DNA from: Octopus sinensis
Lineage: Eukaryota
Assembly (NCBI RefSeq): GCF_006345805.1
Contig: NW_021831707.1
Location: 1-34,372 of the forward strand
Length of the DNA stretch: 34,372 bases
Reading direction: 5' to 3'
The notes beneath the pieces were generated by a model. It searched no databases. It was given only the letters and a program-made list of their open reading frames with translations, and was not told the DNA's origin. Positions 33,202-34,372 of this stretch are shown here, piece by piece (the first letter of the stretch is position 1; the number at the start of each line of letters is the position of its first letter). The translations under genes and the position numbers were made by a program.

Positions 33202-33704
33202 GAGGCAATAAAAATATGCTATGAAAATGACCGTTAAATAAAGGGAAATTACTATGAAGATGACCGTTATTAAGACAAACAAAAGAGCTATGAGAATGAC
33301 CGGTAAATAAAGAGAAATTACCCGAATAGGGAGAAAGTAAAAATACTCGAAGAAGGTAAACCCGCGCTCATAGAATACGCATATGCGCAAATTTACATAC
33401 ATACGCATGCGCTCACGCACACCCACGTGCATGTGCATATATACATACCCACGCGCATGTGTATATATGCATATACTCATATATGCACACCCACACACGT
33501 ACATATATATGTATGCATCCATGCATATGTAAACATACACATATACATACCCGCACACACGGGTATGTATATGTGTATGTTACCTTTCACCCAACATATT
33601 TGTGCATGTGTGAATAGAGACTACATATGAATATATTGTGCGTGTATGGGTGTATATACTTGTGTGCGGGTATGTATATGTGTATGTTTACATATGTATG
33701 GATG

Positions 33705-33772
<68 letters not shown>

Positions 33773-33978
33773 AGATGCATATATATATATAAAGTGTGTA
33801 TGGGTGCGCATATATGTGTTTCACGCGAGTGTGAGTAAGTATATGCATATATGCACATGCACGTGGGTGTGCGTGAGCGCATGCGTATGTATGTACATGC
33901 GCGTATGCACGGATTCTATGAGCGTTATTTTACCTTCGAGTAATTTTACTTTCTTCCTTTTCAGGTAATTTCCCTTCT

Positions 33979-34041
33979 TAATAACTGACGAGATGCCGGA
34001 GCAGACTTCCGCCCCGACATCCGAAACTCTGAGCTTTATTA
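33979..34041 (+). ncRNA. Hammerhead ribozyme motif, right arm (cleavage triplet mutated)
   Basis: TAATAA-CTGACGA-GATG...CATC-C-GAAA-CTCTGAG-CT-TTATTA; perfect 6-bp stem I, but GCT replaces GTT. Confidence 0.55.
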
Positions 34042-34128
34042 TGGCAATCAACTAATTGTCGCATATCATGTACATACATATATACATACATACACACACA
34101 ACACCAGACACACACACACAGACACACA

Positions 34129-34173
<45 letters not shown>

Positions 34174-34250
34174 CACACACACACAAACACACAGAAACAC
34201 ACACACATATGTCAATGATACCTTCGCAAATTATTTTTTCGTGAACAGTT

Positions 34251-34291
34251 CAATTTGAAGACTCCACTAGAGTGGACGAAAGCGCTAATAT
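34251..34291 (+). ncRNA. Degenerate minimal hammerhead
   Basis: TTGAAGA (C>T in core), TCCAC-TAGA-GTGGA stem II, GAAA, AGCGCT palindrome, CTA triplet; stem I poor. Confidence 0.35.
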
Positions 34292-34372
34292 ATGATATAT
34301 GATTTATAAAAACATGTAACATACTAATAAATATCTGAAAATATAAAATCATCCAGATTTCTGAGTACCTCA

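Larger units (their letters stand above)
33115..34066. repeat. ~950-bp imperfect foldback (inverted duplication of a PLE-type pLTR)
   Basis: Left arm 33115-~33558 is the reverse complement of right arm ~33661-34066 (best in the outer 86 bp); ~100-bp central spacer. Confidence 0.85.

Noticed and set aside
33219-33320. Three spaced ~33-36-bp repeats resembling a mini CRISPR array
   Set aside because: Eukaryotic context, imperfect tandem units without unique spacers, no cas genes; part of the pLTR.

Overview
AT-rich, microsatellite-dense eukaryotic DNA. The SINE, mariner-MITE and Penelope families look like octopus (cephalopod) repeats; this is inferred from family recognition, not from a database search. 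The only intact host genes are two co-oriented, single-exon paralogues 16,570 bp apart (1347-2834 and 17917-19401, minus strand). They encode secreted ~495-aa glycoproteins with a signal peptide, about six Sushi/CCP modules (resembling Hikaru genki/LEV-9 family modules), an RLDR motif and an unassigned Cys-rich C-terminal domain. Identity between the copies is a patchwork: a co-duplicated dead Penelope fragment is roughly 75-80% identical, the central CCPs and 3'UTR are ~99-100% identical, and the C-terminal domain between them differs only by amino-acid-changing codons. The rest is transposon-derived: Penelope-like elements with several hammerhead ribozyme motifs (two cap a ~950-bp foldback), two RTE LINEs, two tandem Tx1/L1-clade elements (one ORF1-only), a mariner, MITEs, a Helitron and tRNA-derived SINEs, one of which shares its 3' tail with the Tx1 elements. 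All counts come from manual alignment; no searches were run.
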